A stretch of DNA of 51,500 nucleotides, taken from IMG/VR virus record IMGVR_UViG_3300021446_000092, positions 1 to 51,500 of that record. One strand, given 5' to 3'. Source of the DNA: a virus. Made by a program: the position numbers and the translations under genes. The notes beneath the pieces were generated by a model. That model did no database searches. It was not told the DNA's origin and saw only the letters and a program-made list of their open reading frames with translations. This document shows, in pieces, positions 14,555-23,376 of the stretch. Numbering within the stretch: position 1 is the stretch's first letter; every line of letters begins with the position of its first letter.

Positions 14555-16615
14555 TTATGGCCGGTTCAGCTTCTTAGCGAACAGGTTAGTCTCAGCGGAG
14601 AGCGGCGTCCGCGTCCCGCTACTCGCATCCCGCCGGCATTGGAGGACAAGGTACTCCCCCGCGGTGAGGTCCCCGACCCACGAGATGTGGAGCGAGGACT
14701 GGTCGTGGCCGTCCGTTTCGCGGGTGTACCCGGTCTTCCCAGCCGCTTTCAGTTGCGTCCCGCCGCTCCCCGACGAGGAGCGGTTCTTGAAGAGGAAGAT
14801 GTTGGGGTTGTCTCGGTTCGTTCCGTTGAGGCTCATCCCAACCGTCACATGGACCTCGTAGGTCCCGCCCTCTTCAACAGTCAGCCGCGTTGGCGCGTTA
14901 GTCCCGTCGTAGCTGAACGGGTAGTCCTGCATCGGCGCGGCGGTCCACGGGAACAAGACACCCTGATTGATGTTGGTTGACTCGTCGCTGGTGGTGAGCT
15001 TGGCAACGGGCGTGGTGGTCTCCGGCGGCGCTTCGACCGTGACCGTCTCGTCGCCGTTGTCCGTCAGCGTGAAGTTGGGGCCGAAGTCGAGGGAGCGTGC
15101 CGGAGCGACGAACGTAGCCCCGTTGTCCTCCACGCCGACGCCCTGCGTGGCTTGGTCGTCTATCTCGTAGACCTCGAAGTCCAGCACTACGTCGTTCCCG
15201 CTCCCCGGGTCTGTGTCCCACGTTGCGTCGATGATAACGTCCAGTTCTTGGTTCGCGTCGTCCCAGTACGTCGTCCACGTGTAGGAGAAGGCGTAGTCGG
15301 CGGCGAAGGACGGGTCGGAGTCAACACCCAGTTCGACGTGCAGGTTGGCGGTCTGGTCCGCCGTGACGCTCTGGACCGTGTACGTGGTCGCGGTGCCTCC
15401 GGTGTGGGTGAAGGTTCCGGTGGCGAGGTTGGTCTTTCCCGCGACGTTGGCGTCGATGGTCGCGCTCCCGTCGCCGTTGTCGGTGGCGTCCAGCGCCGCT
15501 CCGAAGTCGAGCGTCTGCGCGGCGGTTACGGTGGCAGAACCGTCGTCCTCGACGCCGACGCCAGCGAAGGCGTTGGAGACGGTCGTCCAGTTGCCTCCGT
15601 CCGAGGTAAGGAGGATCCCGGAGTATTCCGCGTCGATGGTGACGCTGGAGGCACCGTCGATAGTCTCCGTCCCTTCCGTGTCGATTGTGATGGGGTACGT
15701 CGCGGCGTCTCCCGTGAGGTCAAGGACGGCGATGGTGTTCCCGGCGGTTGCGTCGGCGGAGGCGAGCGTGATGGTGGACGCGGCGGCGATGGAAACGGTG
15801 TCAACGAACACCTGCTCCTCGTCCGCCGTCGTCTTTGCCGCGGAGGTGACGGTGGTGGACGCCCGCTGGTCGTCCAGCTTCCCGCGTTCGATAGTCGTGG
15901 AGCCGGAGATGTCGCCGTCAACGAGGGACCCGTCAGATACTTCGTCGGTCCCGACCGCGCCCGCCCTGATTTCGTCCGCCGCGACGGCGTCCGTCGCTAT
16001 CTCATCGGCCGTGATTGCCCCGGTCGCCACTTCCGCGGTTCCTACGGAGTCGGTTTCCAGATCCGCGCTCTGAAGCGGGTAGTTACCTATCTGGGCCGCC
16101 TCCTGTAGCTCGTCCAGCGCGGCGGCAACGTCCGAGACGCTGTAGGTCCCCGTCGTGTCATCGTAGTGGGTTTCTTCCGCCTCGTTGCTGAAGCGCGCGC
16201 GCCAGTTCAGGATCCCGGAGTCTCCTATGTCCGTCGCGTTCTGTTCGACGTAGACGAACGCCAGCGGCGCTTCATCGCCCTGCACGTCCGGCGGCTCCGG
16301 GGACGCGCCGGGCGTCCCCTCACGGACGCCTGTCGCTCCCGTGGCGGTGTCGAGGTACACCGTGTCCCAGCGGTCGTAGTTCGCGTCGCCGCCGCTCAGG
16401 GTGTGAGTCTCGGCCGCGCTGACGGTGTGTTCCGTGGCGACGTAGTAGTACGTCCCGGCAGAGACGCTTATCTCCAGCGCGTTGGCCGTCGATGTGACCT
16501 TCAGGTCGCCGTTGCTCACGATACCGTTCCCGGCGAGGCTCTCGGTGACGGCGCGCCACATCACCTCGAAAAGCGGTTGTCCTTGCGGCCATTCAAAGGG
16601 TTCAGCACTCGGCAT
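14555..16615 (-). CDS. Tail fibre protein
   Basis: 686 aa from ATG 16615 (MPSAEPFEW); the track ORF extension to 16843 runs through a promoter cassette. Short I/V-x-x-D-E-I/V-type fibre repeats (ITADEIATDAVAADEIRAGAVGTDEV) and an internal duplicated segment. Confidence 0.9.
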   Translation of the reverse strand: MPSAEPFEWPQGQPLFEVMWRAVTESLAGNGIVSNGDLKVTSTANALEISVSAGTYYYVATEHTVSAAETHTLSGGDANYDRWDTVYLDTATGATGVREGTPGASPEPPDVQGDEAPLAFVYVEQNATDIGDSGILNWRARFSNEAEETHYDDTTGTYSVSDVAAALDELQEAAQIGNYPLQSADLETDSVGTAEVATGAITADEIATDAVAADEIRAGAVGTDEVSDGSLVDGDISGSTTIERGKLDDQRASTTVTSAAKTTADEEQVFVDTVSIAAASTITLASADATAGNTIAVLDLTGDAATYPITIDTEGTETIDGASSVTIDAEYSGILLTSDGGNWTTVSNAFAGVGVEDDGSATVTAAQTLDFGAALDATDNGDGSATIDANVAGKTNLATGTFTHTGGTATTYTVQSVTADQTANLHVELGVDSDPSFAADYAFSYTWTTYWDDANQELDVIIDATWDTDPGSGNDVVLDFEVYEIDDQATQGVGVEDNGATFVAPARSLDFGPNFTLTDNGDETVTVEAPPETTTPVAKLTTSDESTNINQGVLFPWTAAPMQDYPFSYDGTNAPTRLTVEEGGTYEVHVTVGMSLNGTNRDNPNIFLFKNRSSSGSGGTQLKAAGKTGYTRETDGHDQSSLHISWVGDLTAGEYLVLQCRRDASSGTRTPLSAETNLFAKKLNRP

Positions 16616-16661
16616 TTGGCGGATTGACGTGTTCTGGGGCCTTAGTTGTGCCCCCGCTCTT

Positions 16662-16732
16662 GTAGAATTAGCTTCAAGCAAACTCTTATTACCCTCCGGG
16701 TGAAAGTATAGGGTGTAGAAGGTGAACTTGAG
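16662..16732 (+). promoter_or_regulatory. Promoter + leader cassette (plus-strand orientation)
   Basis: gtagaattagcttcaagcaaactcttattaccc...gtgtagaaggtgaacttgag followed by ATG 16733. Confidence 0.75.
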
Positions 16733-16861
16733 ATGAGCAAATGCGAAGCAACGGTCAGATGTACGGACTGCGGGAAATTCCACCACGGCCAACCGGACGA
16801 CGCTCCGCTGTTTGGGTGCCCGGACGGGGAACTTGACGCGCACGAGTGGGAGGCGTTCTGA
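16733..16861 (+). CDS. Zinc-ribbon-like protein (42 aa)
   Basis: MSKCEATVRCTDCGKFHHGQ...FGCPDGELDAHEWEAF. The ATG sits at the canonical cassette position, with an ATGA overlap to the next gene. Confidence 0.6.
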   Translation: MSKCEATVRCTDCGKFHHGQPDDAPLFGCPDGELDAHEWEAF

Positions 16862-17097
16862 TGACGGACGACGCGCCCCCCGAGATCCGCGAGGACGATG
16901 AGGTGACGTTCGATGGCGACCGCTACGAGGTGAAGGAAGTCTACGACGACGGGTTCGTGTACGCCGAGCGGAAGTCCGATGGGAAGGGGATCCTGTTCCG
17001 CCCCGAGGACGCCGTCGGGGATGGTCCGGTGACGCTCATCCCGGCGGAGGTGCTGGAGCAGGGCGAGGACGCCGTGGACGAGTACCTCAGCGAGTAG
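16861..17097 (+). CDS. Acidic hypothetical protein (78 aa)
   Basis: MTDDAPPEIREDDEV...; coupled to the upstream small ORF. Confidence 0.7.
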   Translation: MTDDAPPEIREDDEVTFDGDRYEVKEVYDDGFVYAERKSDGKGILFRPEDAVGDGPVTLIPAEVLEQGEDAVDEYLSE

Positions 17098-17147
17098 CCG
17101 GAGCGCCGAACCGGGGCGTCAGGCCCCAACACTATTATGCACACAGG

Positions 17148-17217
17148 TATTTGCTTGAAGCAAACTTTTATTACCCTATACCTGCAAGTATAGAGTGTAA
17201 TGGAGGTGAAAAACAGT
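17148..17217 (+). promoter_or_regulatory. Divergent copy of the promoter + leader cassette
   Basis: tatttgcttgaagcaaacttttattaccctatacctgcaagtatagagtgtaatggaggtgaaaaacagt-ATG. The TATA/BRE-like part is conserved and the leader 3' part diverges (GGAGGTGA). Confidence 0.7.
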
Positions 17218-17508
17218 ATGGAACACAAAGTCCACCGCGACGTGTCGGACGAGGAAAAGCGTCTCTGGTCGGAGTTTCAGGACGCGCTCGAAGCCTCAGA
17301 CTTCGAGAAGGTTTCCGTGACCGAGGTCGCCGTCCAGCGGGTCGGGATCCACGAGACGCGGTCGCGGCAAATCGTCTCCACGTGGGAGAACGAGGGGCTG
17401 GTCATTTCCGGAGGGGCCGGGTCGTATGACCACGCCGCGCTAACCGAGTACGGCCGGCAGGTGGACAGCATCGTTTCGACCAACACGGGCGGCGAGTCCT
17501 GGCGTTAG
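17218..17508 (+). CDS. Winged-helix-like DNA-binding protein (96 aa)
   Basis: MEHKVHRD...VSVTEVAVQRVGIHETRSRQIVSTWENEGLVIS resembles an HTH/wHTH regulator. Confidence 0.8.
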   Translation: MEHKVHRDVSDEEKRLWSEFQDALEASDFEKVSVTEVAVQRVGIHETRSRQIVSTWENEGLVISGGAGSYDHAALTEYGRQVDSIVSTNTGGESWR

Positions 17509-17586
17509 GACTCCCCCCGTTCTGCGGCGGGCCTGATGGGACGGCCCGGGGTTCGACTCCCCGGCAGGCCCCTCCCCGTCCGGGAG
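17508..17586 (+). ncRNA. tRNA-like minihelix element (acceptor-like stem + T-arm) followed by a small hairpin
   Basis: GGGCCUG(17529-35)/CAGGCCC(17565-71). CCGGGG(17546-51)-UUCGACU-CCCCGG(17559-64). CUCCC(17572-76)/GGGAG(17582-86). No D or anticodon arms. Confidence 0.5.
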
Positions 17587-17616
17587 CGCCCCGGGCGGAC
17601 CAAGGAGCTAAGAGCT

Positions 17617-17850
17617 ATGATAACAGACACCAACGGTATGGCGACAGAACCAGAGTCGAAACGCGGGCTGACGGACCCGGAAGTCCGGCAGGTATCGCAA
17701 CAGACCGCGCTGGAGGAAGGCGATGGGTCGTTCCAGCCGACCCTCGTGGAGTGCCCCGCGTGCGAGCGCGACGGGACCACGACAGAGGAAACGAACGTGT
17801 GCCTGGGGTGCGGCGCGTGGTTCCTCGTCACCCCCGGAGGGGACCAATGA
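17617..17850 (+). CDS. Zinc-ribbon protein (77 aa)
   Basis: ATG 17617 behind GGAGC. ECPACERDG...CLGCGAWF. Confidence 0.7.
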   Translation: MITDTNGMATEPESKRGLTDPEVRQVSQQTALEEGDGSFQPTLVECPACERDGTTTEETNVCLGCGAWFLVTPGGDQ

Positions 17851-18206
17851 GCGACCAGCCTGCCTACGAACCGGCGGATCTGCCGGAGGAAACTGCCGTG
17901 GAGATAGCGGTGGGCCGGGACGGGACGAACGACCCGTCCGCGGTGGGCGTAGTCATCGGCCGCTGGGAGTGGAAGTCAATGCAGAAGCGCAAGACCGCGG
18001 AGTGGAGCATCGACGGCGTGGAGGTCAAGGTCGTGCAGGGTGTGGACGACCAAGCGTTGATGACGACGGGGCCGGTCCGGGATCCGGACCTGTTGGAGCT
18101 ACGGCTGACGGACGAGCAAGTCACCACGCTCCGGGACAGCGGCGTGGCACGGTTCGACGCCTCCGGGACGTTCCCGTTCCCCGTGACGGTGGTGCGCCGT
18201 GACTGA
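17847..18206 (+). CDS. Hypothetical protein (119 aa)
   Basis: ATGA-coupled (MSDQPAYEP) with acidic composition. Confidence 0.75.
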   Translation: MSDQPAYEPADLPEETAVEIAVGRDGTNDPSAVGVVIGRWEWKSMQKRKTAEWSIDGVEVKVVQGVDDQALMTTGPVRDPDLLELRLTDEQVTTLRDSGVARFDASGTFPFPVTVVRRD

Positions 18207-18336
18207 AACAGCGAGCGCGGACTGCCCCGGGGAGTGGTGCCCGGGGAAGTGGCCCGAGGACGGCGAGAGCCTGTCGTGCTGGCCGTGCTACCGGGAGCGG
18301 GAGCAACTGCCCGCGGTGCCGAGGTGGTTCCCGTGA
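18199..18336 (+). CDS. Possible Cys-rich small protein (45 aa)
   Basis: GTG start overlapping the previous stop. MTETASADCPGEWCPGKWPEDGESLSCWPCYRE.... Confidence 0.35.
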   Translation: MTETASADCPGEWCPGKWPEDGESLSCWPCYREREQLPAVPRWFP

Positions 18337-18419
18337 GCCACGCAGAGGCGCTTCTGTTCTGGGTCGCGCTCCTGATGCTGGCGTACCTGTGGGCGGGGAT
18401 GTACGTCGCGGTCAGATGA
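18333..18419 (+). CDS. Possible 28-aa hydrophobic peptide
   Basis: GTGA-coupled. SHAEALLFWVALLMLAYLWAGMYVAVR. Confidence 0.25.
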   Translation: MSHAEALLFWVALLMLAYLWAGMYVAVR

Positions 18420-19407
18420 TACGGAAGCCGACTGCCGTCGTGAACCGCGTGTCCTCGGTTTTCTTGAACGAGTCGAAAGTCCCCCGCCACACCAGCGAGC
18501 CGGTGTTGTCAAACACGCCTACCTCCGTGTAGTCGTAGGGCTGACCGGACGGTTCATGCTCGAACTGGGGTGCAGAAACGGTGATTACCTCCAGGTCAAG
18601 GTCGCGCTGTGCAGGTTTCCGTAGTACCTCGTTCTCCAGAGCGGTGTCGCTCCCCGCTGGATCTGTCCCGCCGGTCCCCCACGCCAGTTCCTCCAGCCCG
18701 ACGACGGTGGACTCCAGTTGGAGCGCGTCCGCGACGGCGCTCTTACCGTCGTCCGTGACGACGCTGGAGCCAGTCCCGTCGCCATCGACACGGACCGTGA
18801 GGTCAACGCGGACTTCCTTTTCGATGGACGGCGACTGGATGGTGGTTGTCGTCCGGGAGAGTAGCCGCCCAGTCGAGTCGAACAGGCCATACTCGGCCAC
18901 TTCACCGGAGTCGCCGACCGCGGAAAAGCGGAGGCTTCCGCGGCCGCGGACCTCGTTGAACGCTTCGCCAGCCCGCAGGCCGTAGGCGAAGGTCCGTCCC
19001 GTCTCTGCGTCCAGTCCCGCGTCGGCCGGAGACGGCTCCCCCGTCCCACCGCCTATCGCTATCTCGGCCAGCGCGCCGTCCTGTCCGTTGAGCGTGTCCC
19101 TGACAGCGTTCCGGCCGGCGCGGGTCCACTCGGTCGCGGTTATCTCCGCGCCAATGAGCGTCCAGTCTCCGCGCTGGTCGCCGGAGACGCCGTGCCCGCT
19201 CCCGTGCCGGTCGCCGTTCGGGTGTCCGGAGACGAGGGCGTTGTTCAGGTCCCGCGTGTAGACTTCGACCTTGGCGACGGCCGGCCGGATCCCGTTCCGG
19301 CCGAACACGAGGTTCTGGTCCCGGCGGTCCGGGACCGTCACGAACCGTCCGTCGATTTTGGACACGTCGCGCCGGTTCTCGGCCACTTGGTCCTGTATCC
19401 GGGGCAT
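18412..19407 (-). CDS. Tail/baseplate-associated structural protein (331 aa)
   Basis: ATG 19407 (MPRIQDQ), 2 nt after the upstream stop. Last gene of the minus-strand tail module. The function is assigned by position. Confidence 0.85.
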   Translation of the reverse strand: MPRIQDQVAENRRDVSKIDGRFVTVPDRRDQNLVFGRNGIRPAVAKVEVYTRDLNNALVSGHPNGDRHGSGHGVSGDQRGDWTLIGAEITATEWTRAGRNAVRDTLNGQDGALAEIAIGGGTGEPSPADAGLDAETGRTFAYGLRAGEAFNEVRGRGSLRFSAVGDSGEVAEYGLFDSTGRLLSRTTTTIQSPSIEKEVRVDLTVRVDGDGTGSSVVTDDGKSAVADALQLESTVVGLEELAWGTGGTDPAGSDTALENEVLRKPAQRDLDLEVITVSAPQFEHEPSGQPYDYTEVGVFDNTGSLVWRGTFDSFKKTEDTRFTTAVGFRII

Positions 19408-19409
19408 GA

Positions 19410-20201
19410 TTACTGAACCGATTTTGCGACGCCCGTCGGGTTCCAGCACGCGAGGATGGGGTCGGCGTCCCCAATGGCGTAGTCGGCGCACACGTAGTCG
19501 TCCTTCGTGACGCTGAACTCCACGGCCGTCGTTGCGTTCCCTTCGAGACGGACTTCCTTAGTGCTGATGACGCTCCCGTTCTCCGTGAGCGGGACCTGGG
19601 CTGTTACGCCGTAGTTGTTCGGATTCGTCACGTCCGCGGAGAACGTGATGGGCGTCCCTACGTCCGTCACATTGTCAGCGTCATCGCTCTGGAAATTCGC
19701 GTAGGTGACAGAGTCCTTCGTCCCCCGCGGCGGGTCCTGCCTGGATACCTCCACCCGGACGCCGAATATCTCAGCCGTCCCCGCAGGGACCTGAACGCCG
19801 TCGTAGGAGATGCCGTCGCTCTCGTGAAAGCGGATCCCCGCGGCGGGAGCGCCGTCGGCCGTCAGTGAGTCGGAGGTGTACGTGGTTGCCGTGTCGAAGT
19901 AGCTCTGGAGTTGCTGGTAGGTTGACCACCCATCGACGGAGGATTGGAAGTCGTTGTAGGAGTTAAATTCGTTCTTGAGCCGGGCAATGAAGGCATCCGC
20001 CTCTGCCGAGGACCACCCGTGCGTATCGACCAGTTCTGTCTTCAGTCCGCTGTATGCGTCGGTCTGGTTGACCACGAGGTCCGAGAAGGCATCCCAGTCC
20101 CCGACCGTCTGCTTGAGATGCTCCACGTCGGAGGCGACCTGGCTGACCTTCCGGCCGCCGCGCTTGATTCCAAGCCACACCAGCTTCTCCTCGGCGTCCA
20201 T
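19410..20201 (-). CDS. Tail/baseplate-associated structural protein
   Basis: The ATG at 20201 overlaps the upstream stop (TGATG); a GTG at 20204 is also possible. Confidence 0.85.
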   Translation of the reverse strand: MDAEEKLVWLGIKRGGRKVSQVASDVEHLKQTVGDWDAFSDLVVNQTDAYSGLKTELVDTHGWSSAEADAFIARLKNEFNSYNDFQSSVDGWSTYQQLQSYFDTATTYTSDSLTADGAPAAGIRFHESDGISYDGVQVPAGTAEIFGVRVEVSRQDPPRGTKDSVTYANFQSDDADNVTDVGTPITFSADVTNPNNYGVTAQVPLTENGSVISTKEVRLEGNATTAVEFSVTKDDYVCADYAIGDADPILACWNPTGVAKSVQ

Positions 20202-21655
20202 CACGCACCACCCCCGCCGGTGTAGCCGGAGAAGTGGAGCGTGACGTAGCCGGCGTTATCGACTTCGGTCTTTGTGACCGTGTAGATTTTGTCCACGTTT
20301 TCCGGACTCCATTGGACGCGCATCCCTTCCCCGACGCTCACGTCGGCGTAGGACAGGTCGGCGACCTCGAACGAGATGGCGGTGTCGTGCCACGCATTTG
20401 CCTCCAGGTACTCCGTGGCGCGGCGGTCCGCTTCTGCCTGCGTCTGTATCTCCCGGTCCACTATCTGGTCCTCCCGCTCGGAGATCCCGTAGAAGCCGAT
20501 AGAGGCGTTATCGACTGCCGTCACTTGGATGTCTCCCGCGCCCTGTACCGTGACCTTGTTCGTGATTCGGTCGTAGTCCCGGTTGAAACTGTAGTCCGTG
20601 ATGGGCGTAGAGTCGGTGATGGACAGCGGCGCGGGCCGGCCGCCGCCCGGTTCGTAGTGCAGGTCGTCGTTCTCATCGACCCAGGAGTCGTAGCCGTCCT
20701 CCTCGCCCAGGGTCTTGAGCATCTGCATTACGTTCTCATCGAACCGGCGGGTGATGACGTTGCCGGTGTCCTCGACGTTGCTGACCGTCACGTCCACGTT
20801 CCGGGTCTGCGTCACGAACGGGAGCGTCTGAGCGTGGTCGATGCCGACCGCCCGCGGCTCCGGTAGCTGTCCCTTCAGCCGGAAGCGGTACTGAAGCGCG
20901 CCGTCCGTGGAGAGTGGCGTCCCGATGCTCGCCTCCGTTTCCGCGTCCTCGGCGGCGAACGTGTACTCCCGGAAGTTCGTATCCAGCCGCTCCGGCGTCC
21001 AGATGTAGTTGTTCCCCGCGTTGTCCCGCAGATCCACCTCGCACTCGATTTGGTCCCCGCGGTTGTTCACGAGCATCCGGGTCGTAAGGCGCATCACCTG
21101 TCCGTCACCGGGGACGGCGGCGCTCGGGACGCCCGTGTACGTAACGCTGTACTCCCCGGACTCATCGGCGGGCCACCCGGCGAAGATAACGTCTGATCCG
21201 TGTTCGTGGACCCGTTTCTCGTCCGAGGACAGTAGCTCAAACTCCGGCGTGTCGCTGGTCCAGTCCGTGAGGGAACTTCCCTCGTGGATGGTCTCCGGGG
21301 AGCGCACGGTCGCTTCCTCCTGCACCGCCCGCCGGATGATCTCGCCGGAGTCAACTTGGTAGAACGGCCGGTGGACCTCGATGTACCGCAGGACGACCCG
21401 GTTGTCGGAGATGGTGAACTCCAGTTGCTCCTTGTTCTTCCCGGCGGTCGGGGCCTTCGTTACCTTCCCGTCGAACTCGACGCTCCCGTTCCGCTTCACG
21501 ACAGCGTCGTCGCCGGATGAAAAGGCGCGGTTCGTCTGGGTGTCGCCCACGACCAGCTTGCAGGTCCCGAGCTTCCCTTCGTCGCCGGAGGTGGGTTCAA
21601 CGCCGTTGATGGCTTCGACCGCTGTCCCGTCAATCTCCGCGGACCAGTTGACCAT
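20201..21655 (-). CDS. Large distal-tail/baseplate hub-like protein (484 aa)
   Basis: Second gene after the tape measure (the Tal-like position). Confidence 0.9.
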   Translation of the reverse strand: MVNWSAEIDGTAVEAINGVEPTSGDEGKLGTCKLVVGDTQTNRAFSSGDDAVVKRNGSVEFDGKVTKAPTAGKNKEQLEFTISDNRVVLRYIEVHRPFYQVDSGEIIRRAVQEEATVRSPETIHEGSSLTDWTSDTPEFELLSSDEKRVHEHGSDVIFAGWPADESGEYSVTYTGVPSAAVPGDGQVMRLTTRMLVNNRGDQIECEVDLRDNAGNNYIWTPERLDTNFREYTFAAEDAETEASIGTPLSTDGALQYRFRLKGQLPEPRAVGIDHAQTLPFVTQTRNVDVTVSNVEDTGNVITRRFDENVMQMLKTLGEEDGYDSWVDENDDLHYEPGGGRPAPLSITDSTPITDYSFNRDYDRITNKVTVQGAGDIQVTAVDNASIGFYGISEREDQIVDREIQTQAEADRRATEYLEANAWHDTAISFEVADLSYADVSVGEGMRVQWSPENVDKIYTVTKTEVDNAGYVTLHFSGYTGGGGA

Positions 21656-21661
21656 CAGGAG

Positions 21662-22120
21662 TCACCCCACGTACACGTCGTAGTGGGTCCACTCCAGCGT
21701 GAACTGGTAGTCCCGCGGCTTGTCGTTCTCCCGGTTCTCGGTGATAGCAACCTCGGTCAGGACTCCGTCGATGGGGCCGCGGAGGTTCGCCCCCTGCTCG
21801 TAGTTCATCACGTTCAGGCCGTCCGCGGTCGTCGGCGTCCACTCCTTGACGGCCCGCTTCAGTTCCTCGCCCATCCCGAGGTCGTCGTCGGAGTACGTCC
21901 CGCTGTTCGGGTAGTCCTCCGGATCCACGTCCTTGATAACGCCGGTGATCTCGTACGTCTCCTTTGAGAGCTTCGGGTTGCCGCCGGATAGCCCGGAGGC
22001 AACGCCGAGGAGCGCCTTCGTGACGACGCCCATCGAGATGGTGGACTTGACGCTGTTCGCCTTCAGGGTGAACGTCTCCGAGCCGTCGTTCTTGACGATG
22101 GTGAGTCCGGTTTCGCTCAT
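21662..22120 (-). CDS. Distal tail protein-like (152 aa)
   Basis: Lies immediately downstream of, and coupled to, the tape measure gene (the Dit position). Confidence 0.85.
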   Translation of the reverse strand: MSETGLTIVKNDGSETFTLKANSVKSTISMGVVTKALLGVASGLSGGNPKLSKETYEITGVIKDVDPEDYPNSGTYSDDDLGMGEELKRAVKEWTPTTADGLNVMNYEQGANLRGPIDGVLTEVAITENRENDKPRDYQFTLEWTHYDVYVG

Positions 22121-23376
22121 GCTATCAGGCTCTCGATTTCGTCGCCAAAGCTGTCACCGATTTCGTCAGCAAGCTCCTGTAGCTCGGTCCGGGTCAGGGT
22201 ACTCAGGTCGAGCGTCTGGTCCCCGATTTCGATGACGACTTCCCGGATGGTGACGTTCCCAGACGACCCGCCGCCAGCAGAGCCGCGCTGTACGTCTCGC
22301 GTGACCTCCGCCGGGACGACTGCCTCGCCCGGGTGGAGGAACGCCGCGCCGGCTTCCTCGATGAGGCCACCCGTGTTGAGTTGCGGAAGGTCTATCGACC
22401 CGCCGCCAAGGGTTTTCTCCGGAATGTCCTGCCCGGCGATTTCACCGCCGCCGATGGTGACGGTCGGGACTTCAAGCGAGTTGGGGATCATCGCGTTGAA
22501 CCCCGTCTTGAACGTCTCTCCAACCGTTTCGCCAAGGCTACCGAGCTTGTCGCCTATCTCTCCGGCGGCGTTCGTCAGACCGCTCACGAAGTCGCTCACG
22601 AACTTCCCGGCGCGGGCGAACGTCCGCTCCCACGCCCCCTCGAAGATGCCGAGGATCTTCTTGACGTTCTCCCACGCTCGGCTGAAGCCTTCCGTCAGCC
22701 CGCCTTCGAGGAAGCCCGTCACGAACCCGGTGATAGCCGCGCCGATGACGGCGAGCGGCCCGGCGACGAGCGAGATAGCGGCAAGGAACACGTCCCGGAC
22801 GGTCGGAGACAGGACGCCGCGGAGGTACTGAGCGAAGCCCCGGACCTTGTCCAGAACCCCCGTGACCTCCAGCGCCATGACGGCGAGGACGCCGATGGCA
22901 ACGCCGATAGCTCCGGCGACGGCCATCGCCCCGGCGCTCCCGGCGGCCAGCCACGAGACGAACGTCCCCCCGGCGCTTGCGACCGCGGAGAGTGCGGAGA
23001 GCAGACCGCCCGCGAGGTAGCCCCCGACGGCGGTCACGATGCCAAGTAACGTCCCTGCCACCCCGGTTATCGTTCCCCATACGGCTCCGAGCGACAGCGA
23101 GATCCCGAGCGCCTTTGTCACCACAGTTATCAGGAAAAAGAACGCCGAGGAGAGAAGCCCGAGCGTCCCGGACAGCTTCCCGGCGCGGCCGCGGAGGTTT
23201 CCGAAGCGGCCGCTGGCTTCCCCGGCGCTCTCGCCAGCCCGGTTCACCGCCTCGTTCGACTGTTCGGCCTTGGCGCTTGTCTCGTCCAGTTCCTCCTGAA
23301 GGCGGTTTGCCTTCTCCGCCGCTTCTTCGGCCTGCCGGATCTCGGCGGTCCACCAGACCGCGCCGATGGAGGGCAT
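22117..23376 (-). CDS. Tail tape measure protein
   Basis: 419 aa: an N-terminal coiled coil, then a long Gly/Ala-rich hydrophobic region. Located between the chaperone-like genes and the distal tail genes. Confidence 0.85.
   Translation of the reverse strand: MPSIGAVWWTAEIRQAEEAAEKANRLQEELDETSAKAEQSNEAVNRAGESAGEASGRFGNLRGRAGKLSGTLGLLSSAFFFLITVVTKALGISLSLGAVWGTITGVAGTLLGIVTAVGGYLAGGLLSALSAVASAGGTFVSWLAAGSAGAMAVAGAIGVAIGVLAVMALEVTGVLDKVRGFAQYLRGVLSPTVRDVFLAAISLVAGPLAVIGAAITGFVTGFLEGGLTEGFSRAWENVKKILGIFEGAWERTFARAGKFVSDFVSGLTNAAGEIGDKLGSLGETVGETFKTGFNAMIPNSLEVPTVTIGGGEIAGQDIPEKTLGGGSIDLPQLNTGGLIEEAGAAFLHPGEAVVPAEVTRDVQRGSAGGGSSGNVTIREVVIEIGDQTLDLSTLTRTELQELADEIGDSFGDEIESLIA

Noticed and set aside
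16616-16843. N-terminal extension of the tail-fibre ORF (track ORF 14555..16843). The similar peptides '...HLKFTFYTLHLHTEGNK...' appear in several track ORFs.
   Set aside because: The extension is just the translation of the promoter/leader cassette on the opposite strand. The same pseudo-peptide appears wherever the cassette occurs. The real start is ATG 16615.
17529-17572. A genuine tRNA gene, or a tRNA-derived attP site, at 17529-17572 and 51085-51122.
   Set aside because: Only acceptor-like and T-arm helices are present, with no D-arm or anticodon arm and no room for them (10 nt and 9 nt). The acceptor-like stem 5' strand directly precedes the T-arm, which is not what a 3' tRNA fragment in an attP would show. 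No integrase or recombinase gene exists in the window.
17533-17600. A second hammerhead ribozyme at the CUGAUGG sequence related to the 9650 core.
   Set aside because: The core reads CUGAUGG (A9 replaced by G), and no GAAA follows a stem II. Essential catalytic positions are missing, so it is better explained as the tRNA-like element.
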